Positions 9,238 through 18,556 of a stretch of 64,000 nucleotides of DNA are shown here, in pieces. The stretch lies in assembly GCA_964364175.1 (NCBI GenBank), contig CAYILR010000008.1, forward strand, positions 32,001-96,000, in the 5' to 3' direction. The position numbers and the translations under genes are program-made. Numbering within the stretch: the first letter of the stretch is position 1; every line of letters starts with the position of its first letter. The notes below the pieces were generated by a model, which saw only the letters and a program-made list of their open reading frames with translations, had not been told where the DNA came from and made no database searches. The DNA comes from an uncultured Bacteriovoracaceae bacterium. GTDB lineage: Bacteria > Bdellovibrionota > UBA1018.

Positions 9238-10224
9238 TTACTCCTCGTCGGCGGCCTCATCAGGGACGTCATCGTCACCGGGAGTGGCGTAGGAGCGCTC
9301 GGAGGCACCACCTTCGTCTTCATCCCACGGGAGGTCCTTCTTGCCCTGCTTGCCCTTGCCACTCTTGGGCGAAGCGTCGTCGTCATCCATCAGGGACGCA
9401 CGACGTTCGGGTGCCTTGCCCTTGCCGGTCTTGCTGTTGCCTCCTTTAGGAGGTGCTGTCACCGGGTCGTCGTCCCCATCCGCGGGGACGTCATCATACT
9501 TGGAGTAGTCCTTCTCGGCCTTCTGAGTGCGGGCCGAGTCGGCTCCCCCCTCGATGACGCCGAGCTTGGCGAGCTTGGCGGCAATCTCAGCCTTCGGTGG
9601 CGTCGCCGCCTTAGCTAGCGCTGCGAAGCTCACTCCCTCGATGTACTCCTTGAACGCACGGACCTCGTCCTTGGTCAGTGGGATCTTGCCGCCTTCTGCG
9701 GTGTGGACCGGGTACTCGGTCTTGTTGTTGTTCTCCGACTTCGAGATCAGGATGTCGAAGCCGAACTTCGGGTCCGTCGCGTCGGGCAGGCTGTCCTCAT
9801 CGTCCCAACCATCGGGGGCGCCTTCCGAATAGGCGATGTCCGAGAGCTTCAGCAGGTCGCTCACACACTTCGGCGTCAGGCGGATCGGGCGAACTTGGAG
9901 GTTCCCCTTCTTCTGCTCGGCGCGGTTGATGGTGTAGGCATACGTGTACGAGGTGACACGCAGGCCAGCCTCACACATCGGGCAGCCGTGATCTGTGGAC
10001 TTCTCGTTCTCGTAGTCCCAATTGAGGCACAGGTCGTAGTAGCCGCTCTTCTCTTTGCGCTTCACAGAGAAGAACTCGACCCAGTGCATCGGCACTGTAG
10101 TCACGTCGTTGTAGAGGCGGTTCCGAGAGGGCTTGCCGGGGATGTCGTAGAGATCGTCCTTGAACGACTCATCCCAGCGCTGCCGATTGTTGCTGTTTTG
10201 TGCTGCTTTCTTCAGAGTACCCAT
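9238..10224 (-). CDS. gp32-like single-stranded DNA-binding protein (tentative)
   Basis: Has a Cys/His cluster (HGCPMCEAG), OB-like middle region and strongly acidic C-terminal tail (DDDVPDEAADEE), and sits next to the recombinase as in T4-type modules. Confidence 0.5.
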   Translation of the reverse strand: MGTLKKAAQNSNNRQRWDESFKDDLYDIPGKPSRNRLYNDVTTVPMHWVEFFSVKRKEKSGYYDLCLNWDYENEKSTDHGCPMCEAGLRVTSYTYAYTINRAEQKKGNLQVRPIRLTPKCVSDLLKLSDIAYSEGAPDGWDDEDSLPDATDPKFGFDILISKSENNNKTEYPVHTAEGGKIPLTKDEVRAFKEYIEGVSFAALAKAATPPKAEIAAKLAKLGVIEGGADSARTQKAEKDYSKYDDVPADGDDDPVTAPPKGGNSKTGKGKAPERRASLMDDDDASPKSGKGKQGKKDLPWDEDEGGASERSYATPGDDDVPDEAADEE

Positions 10225-11551
10225 GATTCACCGGTTTGTGGTTTTGTTGACTTGTATGACTTGTACGAGGTTGACGAAACGAGTGTTTGGTCTTCTCGAC
10301 TTGTCGATCATGCTCACTAACAAACATCGGGGAGATGATGTTGGCGAGCATGACGGCGTCGATACCAGAGTTCAGAGCCCAGAGCAAGACCGGGAATATC
10401 AGACTCGGGTCTTCTTCGCTCAAGATGGTTGTGGCTTCTTCAAGAAGCTCACGTCCAGTGGCGATTAGATCGGAGGCCACGTAGTTGTCTTCTGTCGCCT
10501 GAGATCGACTCAGAGCCTCACCTAAGACTAGCTGGGCGTCCGGACTCGTGATCAGGACGCTCTCGAATGATCCGTCATCGCCCCCTTCGTCCGTGTCCTG
10601 CGCCCGATTAGCGTTTGAGCTATGCGCGTAGAACATCTCAGCACGTTCACGCAAGTCGGAAACGCGCTCAGAGGAAAGCTCCACTTGCCCACGGTGTAAG
10701 AGCGAAAGTTGATACCACGTCGTGGTCGGCAGCGCGATGACGGAGGATTGGCGCTGACGCTGAAGGACTGCGGAGCGTACCCACCATTGGCAATGCGCAG
10801 TGAAACTCGATCCGTCCACCGGATCATAGTTGCGGGCTGCACGAATCATCCCCTCGTATCCAGCCGAGAAGTTCTCCTCGGTCGAGGTCACCCCTCGTAG
10901 GCGATGAGAGAACCGGAATAGGAGGCGCGCGTAGGCCATCGTGACGTGCTGCACCATGCGCTCGATCTGGTCATAGATCGAGCGCACGTTCACGGTCACG
11001 TACCAGGCGTCGTCTCTACTTATCCCTACTTCTACTTCAAGGACTTTTAAGAAGGAGTCGATCTTGGCGCACTCTTCGATGTCGCCGTCTGCCTTCGCGG
11101 CCATCCAGTCAGCGAGGAGGGCCGGGTAGCTGTTCATCAGCGCCGTGAAGTAGGTCGCCATGTCGTCGTAGACGAGACGTGAGACACCAAGGTCATGGAT
11201 CTCCTCCTCTGAAGGAATCGCCTTGGACGTGTCGAACTTGTGCAACAATCTTGTCGCGCTCGCCACAAAGCGAGTGTGGCGCGGCTTGATGTTCGATGCC
11301 CAGGAGGTCTGGACTTGGACCGCACTGTCGTAGTCAGACTCAGTGGACTTACGTGCGCGAGAAGTCAAGATGAGGCGATTACGATCAGTGCCCGCCAGGA
11401 GGTCACGGACCTGATCTCGAAGCCAGGTTCGGGCAAAGCGGGTATACGGGAACAGCAAGAGCCGAAAAACATGGTTGACGACTAGCTGGTCGTAGACCTG
11501 GTAGAGGTCCAAGAGATCGACCACCTTGAACTTCTTGGTGGTGGACACCAT
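10169..11551 (-). CDS. sigma-70 family-like protein (region 2 recognisable)
   Basis: EGMIRAARNYDPVDGSSFTAHCQWWVRSAVLQ resembles sigma-70 region 2.1-2.4. I prefer the ATG at 11551 because it leaves room for the divergent gene; the ORF is open to 11716. Confidence 0.55.
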   Translation of the reverse strand: MVSTTKKFKVVDLLDLYQVYDQLVVNHVFRLLLFPYTRFARTWLRDQVRDLLAGTDRNRLILTSRARKSTESDYDSAVQVQTSWASNIKPRHTRFVASATRLLHKFDTSKAIPSEEEIHDLGVSRLVYDDMATYFTALMNSYPALLADWMAAKADGDIEECAKIDSFLKVLEVEVGISRDDAWYVTVNVRSIYDQIERMVQHVTMAYARLLFRFSHRLRGVTSTEENFSAGYEGMIRAARNYDPVDGSSFTAHCQWWVRSAVLQRQRQSSVIALPTTTWYQLSLLHRGQVELSSERVSDLRERAEMFYAHSSNANRAQDTDEGGDDGSFESVLITSPDAQLVLGEALSRSQATEDNYVASDLIATGRELLEEATTILSEEDPSLIFPVLLWALNSGIDAVMLANIISPMFVSEHDRQVEKTKHSFRQPRTSHTSQQNHKPVNHGYSEESSTKQQQSAALG

Positions 11552-11650
11552 TTTCTCAAGGTAGGTATGCGACTTGTTCTTGCTGCGCTTGGCGGAGGAC
11601 TTGTTCGTCTTTGTTTGCGGCACGAGTGCTATCCTGTGTAGAGGCTCCCG

Positions 11651-12226
11651 ATGTTGACTCTGAGGCATATGCTTGAGGCGACCCCGGCCAAGATCAAAGG
11701 CCGTGCTCGCAATCAATGCTTTGCGCAGACCTACGCCCCACCACGACAGAAGGCGGCCCGTGAGTCTTTGACGAAGTCGGGAGGGTACATCGTCGAGGAC
11801 GAGTCGGGTCGCTACCGCGAGTTCAAATTCAAGACCAAATGCACGGATGGCTGGCGCAAGGTCGCCATCCGGTTCTACGGTCCCCTGAACGTGAGCACGC
11901 GCGTGTGGTGCTGGTGTTCGTGCCCATACTTCAAGTACAACTGCGAGGTTGCCTTAGCTGCGCGCGGTTCTTCCGCTGTCGTTCAGAGCAACGGACAGCG
12001 ACCACGACACACGAACCCGAAGATGGAACCTCGGATTTGTAAACACACGATTCTGGGATTTGCGTTGGCTATGCGCCGCCGCAAACCAGGCAAAGACGAG
12101 CAGATGGGATCAGTGAACCAGCCGAAGGGTCGAGTGAAGAAGGCTCAGACCATGAGAGCGGTATGGGCTGGTGATGTGCTCGGTGGCACTAACAAGGCGA
12201 TTCAAGCAGCAGTACGCAAAGAATGA
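11651..12226 (+). CDS. SWIM zinc-finger protein
   Basis: CWCSCPYFKYNCEVAL...ICKHTILG fits the SWIM CxCxnCxH pattern. The gene is divergent from the sigma-like gene. Confidence 0.6.
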   Translation: MLTLRHMLEATPAKIKGRARNQCFAQTYAPPRQKAARESLTKSGGYIVEDESGRYREFKFKTKCTDGWRKVAIRFYGPLNVSTRVWCWCSCPYFKYNCEVALAARGSSAVVQSNGQRPRHTNPKMEPRICKHTILGFALAMRRRKPGKDEQMGSVNQPKGRVKKAQTMRAVWAGDVLGGTNKAIQAAVRKE

Positions 12227-12236
12227 GCAGCGAGCA

Positions 12237-12338
12237 TCAAGCGGGCTTCTTGACCTCCTCAGCTTCCTCAGCCTTCTTCGCTTCCTCAGCCGCTTTCTTC
12301 TGGTCTTCGACCGTCGGTGATGGTGGCTCAGCCACCAT
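12237..12338 (-). CDS. 33-aa Lys/Glu-rich peptide (tentative)
   Basis: Hand translation gives MVAEPPSPTVEDQKKAAEEAKKAEEAEEVKKPA. Its ATG overlaps the TAA stop of the upstream nuclease gene as TAATG. Confidence 0.3.
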   Translation of the reverse strand: MVAEPPSPTVEDQKKAAEEAKKAEEAEEVKKPA

Positions 12339-13456
12339 TACGTCTGTCGACTCGACAACGTCTCCACGAATGATTCCACCCATCGCGCTCTCTCCTTGTT
12401 CAAAAACCCATCAAGGGTCTGTTTGGCTTCCTTATCGTACAGTGCGTCCGCCGTGAACGCCAGATGACCTTGAGGTTGTAGACACACGTCCTTGTGCGAG
12501 CAATATCTGCATGTCGGAAGCGCCGAGATTTCGGCGGGTGTCTTGGCAAAACCGATAGGCAGCATCTGGAGCTTCTTGGCCTTCTGCGCCATGGCGATAC
12601 GTGCCCGGATCTCCGCCCACCAGGAGTTGTCGGCCGGGACTTCCATAGAGATTGCGGCCATGATCTTGGGGGAGTCACGCGAGAAAATCATGTAGTCGAC
12701 GTGGGTTACGGGCGGGATCTCACGCCCATATTGCAAACGGATGAGCGAAGCGTAGGTCGACGCTTGGTGCCAGTAGCCGTAAAAGGGGGCCTCTGTTTGG
12801 AAGAGCAGAGCCAGATCTGCTGCCGGCATCTGTTGGAGCGCCCGGACCTTCTCGTCGCCGGCAGACTTGATCTCCAAGAGCGAGGAGTGCTTCTTGAAAA
12901 CCAAAACTCCATCGGTATGGCCGGCGAGATGGATCGCGTCGTCAGTCAGCCGCATCTCGTGGTACTCGAACTTCGGTGAGCCACAGGCTCGACAACGCTC
13001 GTATTCCGGGAAGAAGGTCGGCTCCTCGCTCCACTGCGCGCTACATCCAGGGCGGGCGCACTTCCAAAAGCCCCAGAGCCGACCGGTCTTGGCCAGGGCG
13101 TTCTGAGCGACGTAATGAACGGACTTGCCGATCTCGGTGTAAAAACAGGCACCGACGTCAAAGGTGCTCTCCATGACCAAGCCGAGGCGCTCCATCGCGT
13201 AGCGCCGTGGGCAAAACGGGAAAGAGGACGGCCGGACGTCTGCGGCCTTGCGCCACTGGTTCGGGTCGCCGTGGCTCACGGGCGGGTCGCTCAGGAGAGC
13301 CATCCATGTCTGCTCGATCTTCGTGTTTCGCGTGAAGACGGGGGCGGCACCGATTGGAATTAGCTCGCTTTTTCGCCCAATCTCCAGCACCTCAAGGCGA
13401 GCGGACTTTTCCTTGTCCTTGTGCGCGCTCTTGATCTGTCGTAGGGATTTGGCCAT
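12338..13456 (-). CDS. PD-(D/E)XK nuclease, Cas4/RecB-like
   Basis: GHTDGVLVF...LLEIKS gives the D...ExK core. An N-terminal Cys (FPFCPRRY) and a C-terminal CRYCSHKDVC cluster are typical of Cas4-type Fe-S nucleases. Confidence 0.65.
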   Translation of the reverse strand: MAKSLRQIKSAHKDKEKSARLEVLEIGRKSELIPIGAAPVFTRNTKIEQTWMALLSDPPVSHGDPNQWRKAADVRPSSFPFCPRRYAMERLGLVMESTFDVGACFYTEIGKSVHYVAQNALAKTGRLWGFWKCARPGCSAQWSEEPTFFPEYERCRACGSPKFEYHEMRLTDDAIHLAGHTDGVLVFKKHSSLLEIKSAGDEKVRALQQMPAADLALLFQTEAPFYGYWHQASTYASLIRLQYGREIPPVTHVDYMIFSRDSPKIMAAISMEVPADNSWWAEIRARIAMAQKAKKLQMLPIGFAKTPAEISALPTCRYCSHKDVCLQPQGHLAFTADALYDKEAKQTLDGFLNKERARWVESFVETLSSRQT

Positions 13457-13486
13457 CGCGTCGTTTCACCCGAGAGCTATCAGACC

Positions 13487-14479
13487 ATGCGCAGCCGCGT
13501 CGCAGACTTCCAAGAGCGCACGGCACCTGCTGTTCAGCAGAAAGACGAAGCTTGGTATAGACAACAGCTAGAGTCGAAGTGCCCAGAGACAATAGTAAAG
13601 GGCAAGGACTTCCTCATACGCTGTCCGTTTCACGCTGACAACAACCCTTCGTGCGGCGTGGATCGACTCACGGGGGTTTTCAAATGTTTTAGTTGTGGTG
13701 CCGGCGGAGGTTGGAACAAGCTCGCCAAGCGCTTGGACATGGAGCGTCTAGCCTGGAAGGGCGACGGCAAGAAACGCGACTTCAAGGCCGGTGAGGTGAA
13801 GGACGATCTAGCTAGGGCGCTCACGAAGGCCGGGGTAGTCGATCCGGGAAAACGGAAGGGGGAGAAGGTCCGCCCAATTGTGGAACCTTGGTCTGCCCAA
13901 GCAGATTGGCGTGGGCTACTAGGCCAATTTCTCTCTGGCCTTGGCTGCATCAAGGTCGTTGATCTCATGCACAACGTCATGCGGATCGGCCTCCCAGTTC
14001 GCACCACCGACGATGAGCTTCTCGGGTATACCTGTCGCGCTGTCGATCCAGAAGGCGCCGAGCCGAAGTACACGCCCTTGGCCGCGGATCGAATCACCTG
14101 GCGAGCGAAAGAACTGCCCGCGAACATTTCGCTATTCCTGGTGGATCGAGCGATGAACGAGGGCTGGGACCGAGTAGTCCTGGTGGAAGGCCCCTACGAC
14201 GCGCTCAAGCTCTACAGCGTCGGCATCCCGGCGCTCGCTATCCTCGGCACCAACAACTGGACCGCGCAGAAGGCGGCGATCGTACTGGGCCTTGGCCTGT
14301 CCGACGTATTCGTGATGATGGACAACGACAGATCTGGTTGGGAGGCGCAAAACCGGATCGTGCAGGAGCTTGGCCCCAGCATCAAGACGAAGGGCCTCCG
14401 TCTGCCTGACGGAGTGAAAGATCCTGGCGGGCTATCTGAGGGACAACTCAATTGGCTGAAGCGTAAGGTGGGGGCATGA
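13487..14479 (+). CDS. DnaG-type DNA primase
   Basis: CHC2 zinc finger CPFHADNNPSCGV...FKCFSCGAGG, then a Toprim domain LVEGPYDALKL...MMDNDRSG. Confidence 0.8.
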   Translation: MRSRVADFQERTAPAVQQKDEAWYRQQLESKCPETIVKGKDFLIRCPFHADNNPSCGVDRLTGVFKCFSCGAGGGWNKLAKRLDMERLAWKGDGKKRDFKAGEVKDDLARALTKAGVVDPGKRKGEKVRPIVEPWSAQADWRGLLGQFLSGLGCIKVVDLMHNVMRIGLPVRTTDDELLGYTCRAVDPEGAEPKYTPLAADRITWRAKELPANISLFLVDRAMNEGWDRVVLVEGPYDALKLYSVGIPALAILGTNNWTAQKAAIVLGLGLSDVFVMMDNDRSGWEAQNRIVQELGPSIKTKGLRLPDGVKDPGGLSEGQLNWLKRKVGA

Positions 14480-14613
14480 CGCGGCTCTGGTTTGTCTCGT
14501 TGCGTGGTTGGGTCGCTAAAGCTAATGAAATAGCTGAGCAGGTACGGCATAAGCTGTATGAAGCGGAGGTCGCCGCGCGCCAGTTGAATCTTTTTGGTGA
14601 CGACGGGACTTGA
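14476..14613 (+). CDS. 45-aa hypothetical peptide (tentative)
   Basis: ATGA overlap with the primase stop; hand translation gives MTRLWFVSLRGWVAKANEIAEQVRHKLYEAEVAARQLNLFGDDGT. Confidence 0.3.
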   Translation: MTRLWFVSLRGWVAKANEIAEQVRHKLYEAEVAARQLNLFGDDGT

Positions 14614-14638
14614 CGAGCCTACCCAAGGCGACATACAG
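14610..14638 (+). promoter_or_regulatory. sigma-70-type promoter (TTGACG, 17-nt spacer, ATACAG)
   Basis: cTTGACG at 14610-14615 and ATACAG at 14633-14638; the ATG at 14649 is about 3-4 nt from the expected transcription start. Confidence 0.4.
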
Positions 14639-14648
14639 ACGGTTCTCC

Positions 14649-15278
14649 ATGTCCCATGTCCCGCTGATCCCTTTTCAGCGTCCTGTACCGCAGGTGTTCT
14701 TGCGGCCTATTCAGTCTACCAAAACTGTCAAACCTACAAAGCAAAAGAAGGCCAAGATGGTGTCTACCTCCAAGAAGCCTAGGTTCGAGGCGACCAACAC
14801 CGACGACATCAAGCACATGCCTTCAGATGTCCGGCGTCTATGGCAGATCATGGAGAAGCAGGACCCAAACGGCGACGTCTTCGTCAATGATGTCGCCATC
14901 ATCGTCCTGGAGGGGGAAGGCCCCAAAGATCGAACCCCACAAGGATTGAAGCTGCTGTCGGATGACGTAGCACTGCTTCGTCCCTTCGGTGTGCTCGATG
15001 GCCCCAAGGCCAACGATCCTGAGACAGCCGTAGGAGTCATCTTCACGCCATTTCAGATGGTTCAACTGGCCTACGAACTTGGTCGCCAGGCCGAGCAACG
15101 CAAGGTTGCTTCCGACTTCAAGAAGGTGGTCTCGGCTCCCGTGGTCAATGACTACGGCGAGGACGAGGACGAGGACGAGAGCTTCGATGACGAGATGGCC
15201 GTCGTCGATGAAGATGAGGATGACCACGAGGTCGACGACAACGATAACGAAGAAGATGAGGACGAAGATGAAGCCTGA
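14649..15278 (+). CDS. hypothetical protein with poly-acidic C-terminus
   Basis: The ORF is open from 14610 and the first ATG is at 14649. The C-terminus is EDEDEDESFDDEMAVVDEDEDDHEVDDNDNEEDEDEDEA. Confidence 0.55.
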   Translation: MSHVPLIPFQRPVPQVFLRPIQSTKTVKPTKQKKAKMVSTSKKPRFEATNTDDIKHMPSDVRRLWQIMEKQDPNGDVFVNDVAIIVLEGEGPKDRTPQGLKLLSDDVALLRPFGVLDGPKANDPETAVGVIFTPFQMVQLAYELGRQAEQRKVASDFKKVVSAPVVNDYGEDEDEDESFDDEMAVVDEDEDDHEVDDNDNEEDEDEDEA

Positions 15279-15351
15279 TGGTCAGGTTTCGTCTTCGCCA
15301 TCTCACACCAAAGCGTTCAATCGTTGATCGATTGCGCGAGGAGCAAGAACA

Positions 15352-15894
15352 GTGTCACTAGAAGCACGTCGCAAGAACAAAGCCGCTGCCGCAGGCGATG
15401 AGAAGAAGAAGAAGAACACCAAGGCAAACCGCGTGGGAGGAACACTGCGCTCAATCGCGATCGGTCGTGCCTACCTGGAGCATGAGCCCCAGGTAGACCC
15501 CGAAGGTCGCCCTTTCTTCCGGTCCATCTTCGACGCTCAGGGCAATGGTGCCAAGCGGATCGGCAAAGACATCGCGAAGGATCGCGTGCTCCCCACGTCG
15601 GCACTGCTCAAGCATACGAATGAAACGGTTGCCAAGCAGGTGCTGGGTATGTCGCTTCGCCCGAAGGTGTGGCGCATGATCATGGAAGGCATCTGCGACC
15701 AGGTGCTTACCCTCGCTGAGGCCGGCTACAAGGTCAAGTTGCCGAACCTTGTCGTGGTCCAGGCCGTGAAGCGCGGCGCGCGTTTGGCTCGCAATCCGAA
15801 GACCGGTGCCCCCGTGCCCGTGCCGGCGCGTACCGCCCTGTCCACCAAGCCGGCGCGCTCGGCCAAGGCGTACATGGCCAACGGCGGCGTCTGA
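15352..15894 (+). CDS. HU/IHF-family DNA-binding protein with N-terminal extension
   Basis: RGARLARNPKTGAPVPVPARTALSTKPARSAK matches the HU beta-arm motif RxGRNPxTGexixIpa...FKpg. Confidence 0.65.
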   Translation: MSLEARRKNKAAAAGDEKKKKNTKANRVGGTLRSIAIGRAYLEHEPQVDPEGRPFFRSIFDAQGNGAKRIGKDIAKDRVLPTSALLKHTNETVAKQVLGMSLRPKVWRMIMEGICDQVLTLAEAGYKVKLPNLVVVQAVKRGARLARNPKTGAPVPVPARTALSTKPARSAKAYMANGGV

Positions 15895-15925
15895 GCGGAA
15901 CAGCAGAACTGACGCCCTCCCAGGG

Positions 15926-15964
15926 CGCCCTCGTCACCCTATGACGAGGGCGCTCTTTTTTTTT
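15926..15964 (+). terminator. intrinsic terminator
   Basis: cgccctcgtca / tgacgagggcg stem with a 5-nt loop, followed by a T-run ending at 15964, directly after the HU-like gene. Confidence 0.8.
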
Positions 15965-15978
15965 CGCCTGGAGGCGCC

Positions 15979-16788
15979 GTGCCATTGGTCAATTTCGATG
16001 CCGTCGCCACTTTGTTCCGCGACACAGCGTCTACCCAGGTCAAGATCGCCCCGCCAACGACACAACGGTCCAGCAACCAGGAGTTCTCTCCCAAGAGCTT
16101 CTTGAACGGCTTTGGCTCCCAAACTTCCCCACAGCCGGCGGCACCCAACAATGTCGATGCCATCAAAATGCGCCAAGCATACGCTGGTGGTCTCAAAGAC
16201 ACCCGCATCGGCTTCGTGCTCACTACGGACATGTGGCGCCTGGAGGGCAAGGCCCTGGCTCTCCACGCCGGCCCAGCGTCTGCCGACTGGAGTCTGGCTC
16301 TGCGTGCCGCTGAGGAGGAAACCAAGGCCGGTCGTGCCCGCTATGCCCAGGCCCGTCAGTTCACGCGCGCCAGCCATGATCAGGGGTCCACGTTTTTTGA
16401 CTTCCCGAGGGTCAACTTTCAGTTTCAGGGCGGCAACATCTTGCCCATCCAGGGGTTCTCAAACGAGGTCGTTCGTCCGCCTGGGCTAGAGGACTTCTAT
16501 CTGTTCTTCGAGCTACTGAATCAGCCGCCGCTGTTGCCGTCAGGGCAATACGAGGGCGCTCACAACTTCGTCTGGATCTTCTACACGAGCTTGATGTTCC
16601 CTCAAGTGACCTTGAAGGGCTACTTTGATCCAAACGGCCTCAGTTGGGAAGACACTGCCGACGAGCCGACGATGCTCCGCTGGACCTCGGAGTTCCTCGT
16701 CTACGAGATGACCCCTAACCTCTGGGACACCGACGAGCTTTACACCGCGTACTCGAACTTCATGACCACGAACGGTACGCTGCGGTAG
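15979..16788 (+). CDS. hypothetical protein
   Basis: 269-codon ORF with an alternative start codon, beginning right after the terminator. Confidence 0.5.
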   Translation: MPLVNFDAVATLFRDTASTQVKIAPPTTQRSSNQEFSPKSFLNGFGSQTSPQPAAPNNVDAIKMRQAYAGGLKDTRIGFVLTTDMWRLEGKALALHAGPASADWSLALRAAEEETKAGRARYAQARQFTRASHDQGSTFFDFPRVNFQFQGGNILPIQGFSNEVVRPPGLEDFYLFFELLNQPPLLPSGQYEGAHNFVWIFYTSLMFPQVTLKGYFDPNGLSWEDTADEPTMLRWTSEFLVYEMTPNLWDTDELYTAYSNFMTTNGTLR

Positions 16789-16795
16789 CCGCGCC

Positions 16796-17320
16796 TCATT
16801 TGATTCTGATCTTGTTAACGAACGTAAATTCACCAGAGATGCGGATGACACCTTCGCCGTCGGCCGTGAACGCATCGAAGCTCTTGCTGTTGAACCAGCA
16901 GCCCAGGTACCGGTACTGACGGTACAACTGGAGGCCCTTGAGGTAGACCTCGTCAATCGCGAACGGCGTGTTTTGGTTGAGGAGGAGCGTGTAGACGTCG
17001 GCCTCACCAAACGCCTTCTCAATCTCCTCACCCCAGACCTCAGCGCGCCCGAAGCCGACGGTGAAGGTGTTGGCCTTGCCAGGCACGGCGTCGACAGGCT
17101 GGCCCCAGGTTCGGGCGTTCAATTCGTAAAGCAGCGTGACGTCGCGGTCCATTGCCTGCGGCGTCCACTCCGTGAAGCGGCCGATCATGATGCCGCCGAC
17201 CTGGATCGAGAACCCGTGATAGGTCTGGGTCGTTGGTGCATAGGGGGAATTTACATCGATCTGCACAGCAGGCCGATTTGCCTCGATGTGGAACCTGTTG
17301 GACGCGGCAATAGGGGGCAT
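16796..17320 (-). CDS. hypothetical protein (possibly structural)
   Basis: The ORF is open to 17569, but upstream of the ATG at 17320 it overlaps the plus-strand gene and looks non-coding. The ATG is preceded by GCGAGG. Confidence 0.5.
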   Translation of the reverse strand: MPPIAASNRFHIEANRPAVQIDVNSPYAPTTQTYHGFSIQVGGIMIGRFTEWTPQAMDRDVTLLYELNARTWGQPVDAVPGKANTFTVGFGRAEVWGEEIEKAFGEADVYTLLLNQNTPFAIDEVYLKGLQLYRQYRYLGCWFNSKSFDAFTADGEGVIRISGEFTFVNKIRIK

Positions 17321-17395
17321 CGCAGACCTCGCTTGGTGCTCTCCTAGAGAGGTGCGCCGTTGGTCTGCCTCCTGTCCTCCGATTACTATGACGCC

Positions 17396-18556
17396 ATGCC
17401 TCCACGTCTGACCAAGGACGACTTCATCCGCCGCGCTACGGCAGTCCATGGAGCCAAGTTCGACTATTCGTGCGTGGCGTATGAGACACAGTTCGTACCA
17501 GTCACGATCAGGTGCTTGGAGTGCCAGACCCAGTTTCAGCAGAAACCACACACTCACTTCCAAGGCCATGGCTGTTCACGTTGCGCAAAGAGCCTCAGCC
17601 CTGAAGATTTCATGACAAAGGCCAGGGCTGTTCACGGTGATGCCTACGTTTACGGCACGTACACCTCGATGCGCGACAAGATCGACTTGGTCTGTAGAAA
17701 ATGCGAAACGAGATTCTCGCAGACAGCCAGCAACCATCTACGTGGAAAGGGAGGTTGTCCTTCGTGCTCGGTGACGCGACAGCGCCTCACCACAGCAGAT
17801 TTCGTCAACCTGGCCCGCGCCGTTCATGGTGAAGCCTTCAACTACGATTCTGTTAAGTACGTCACCAGCCACATCGATGTCATCATTCACTGCAATACCT
17901 GCTGCGAAGACTTCCCTCAAAGCCCTAATACTCACTTGACTGGTTCTGGATGCCAGACGTGTGGGTACCGCGCGATGGCTGAAGCACACAGGAGCAGCAC
18001 AGAAGACTTCATAGCAGCCGCGAAGAAAGTCCACGGCAACAAGTACGACTACTCCAAAGTCCAGTACGTCGGATCTACAATCAAAGTTGAGATTGTGTGC
18101 AAAAGGCACGGTGCGTTCTTGATGACGCCAAACGCCCATCTGGTGGGACAGGATTGCCGTCTCTGTTCCAGATCAGGTGTATCGAAGGCTGAAATCGCAT
18201 GGTTGGACTCGCTCGCCATCCCACAACAGCAACGACAGGTCCGCCTTCCGGAGTTGTCCATCCGGGTGGATGGGTATGATCCCGTGACTCGGACGGTTTA
18301 CGAGTTCCTAGGAGACTTCTGGCACGGGAATCCAGCGGTCTACGCCGCGAGTTCTGTGAACACGGTCTCGAAGAAAACGTTTGGCACCCTCTACATCAAG
18401 ACCTTGGCGCGTTTCGCAAGGCTAACCGACGCTGGTTACAAGGTGGTCTGGATCTGGGAGCGTGATTGGCGACAAAAGATGCTTCAGCCACCCTTCAACG
18501 CCCGTAGCTCCTCCACGAGCGCAGCGATCTCTTTCCGCGCTTTTGCAAGCTCTTGA
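17396..18556 (+). CDS. putative homing endonuclease: four zinc-ribbon repeats plus a Vsr/PD-(D/E)XK-like C-terminal domain
   Basis: The unit (F/Y)DYSxVxYxxxxxxVxIxCxxCxxxFxQxPxxHLxGxGCxxC occurs four times. The C-terminus VDGYDPVTRTVYEFLGDFWHGNP...GYKVVWIWERDW resembles Vsr-like nucleases. Confidence 0.5.
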   Translation: MPPRLTKDDFIRRATAVHGAKFDYSCVAYETQFVPVTIRCLECQTQFQQKPHTHFQGHGCSRCAKSLSPEDFMTKARAVHGDAYVYGTYTSMRDKIDLVCRKCETRFSQTASNHLRGKGGCPSCSVTRQRLTTADFVNLARAVHGEAFNYDSVKYVTSHIDVIIHCNTCCEDFPQSPNTHLTGSGCQTCGYRAMAEAHRSSTEDFIAAAKKVHGNKYDYSKVQYVGSTIKVEIVCKRHGAFLMTPNAHLVGQDCRLCSRSGVSKAEIAWLDSLAIPQQQRQVRLPELSIRVDGYDPVTRTVYEFLGDFWHGNPAVYAASSVNTVSKKTFGTLYIKTLARFARLTDAGYKVVWIWERDWRQKMLQPPFNARSSSTSAAISFRAFASS

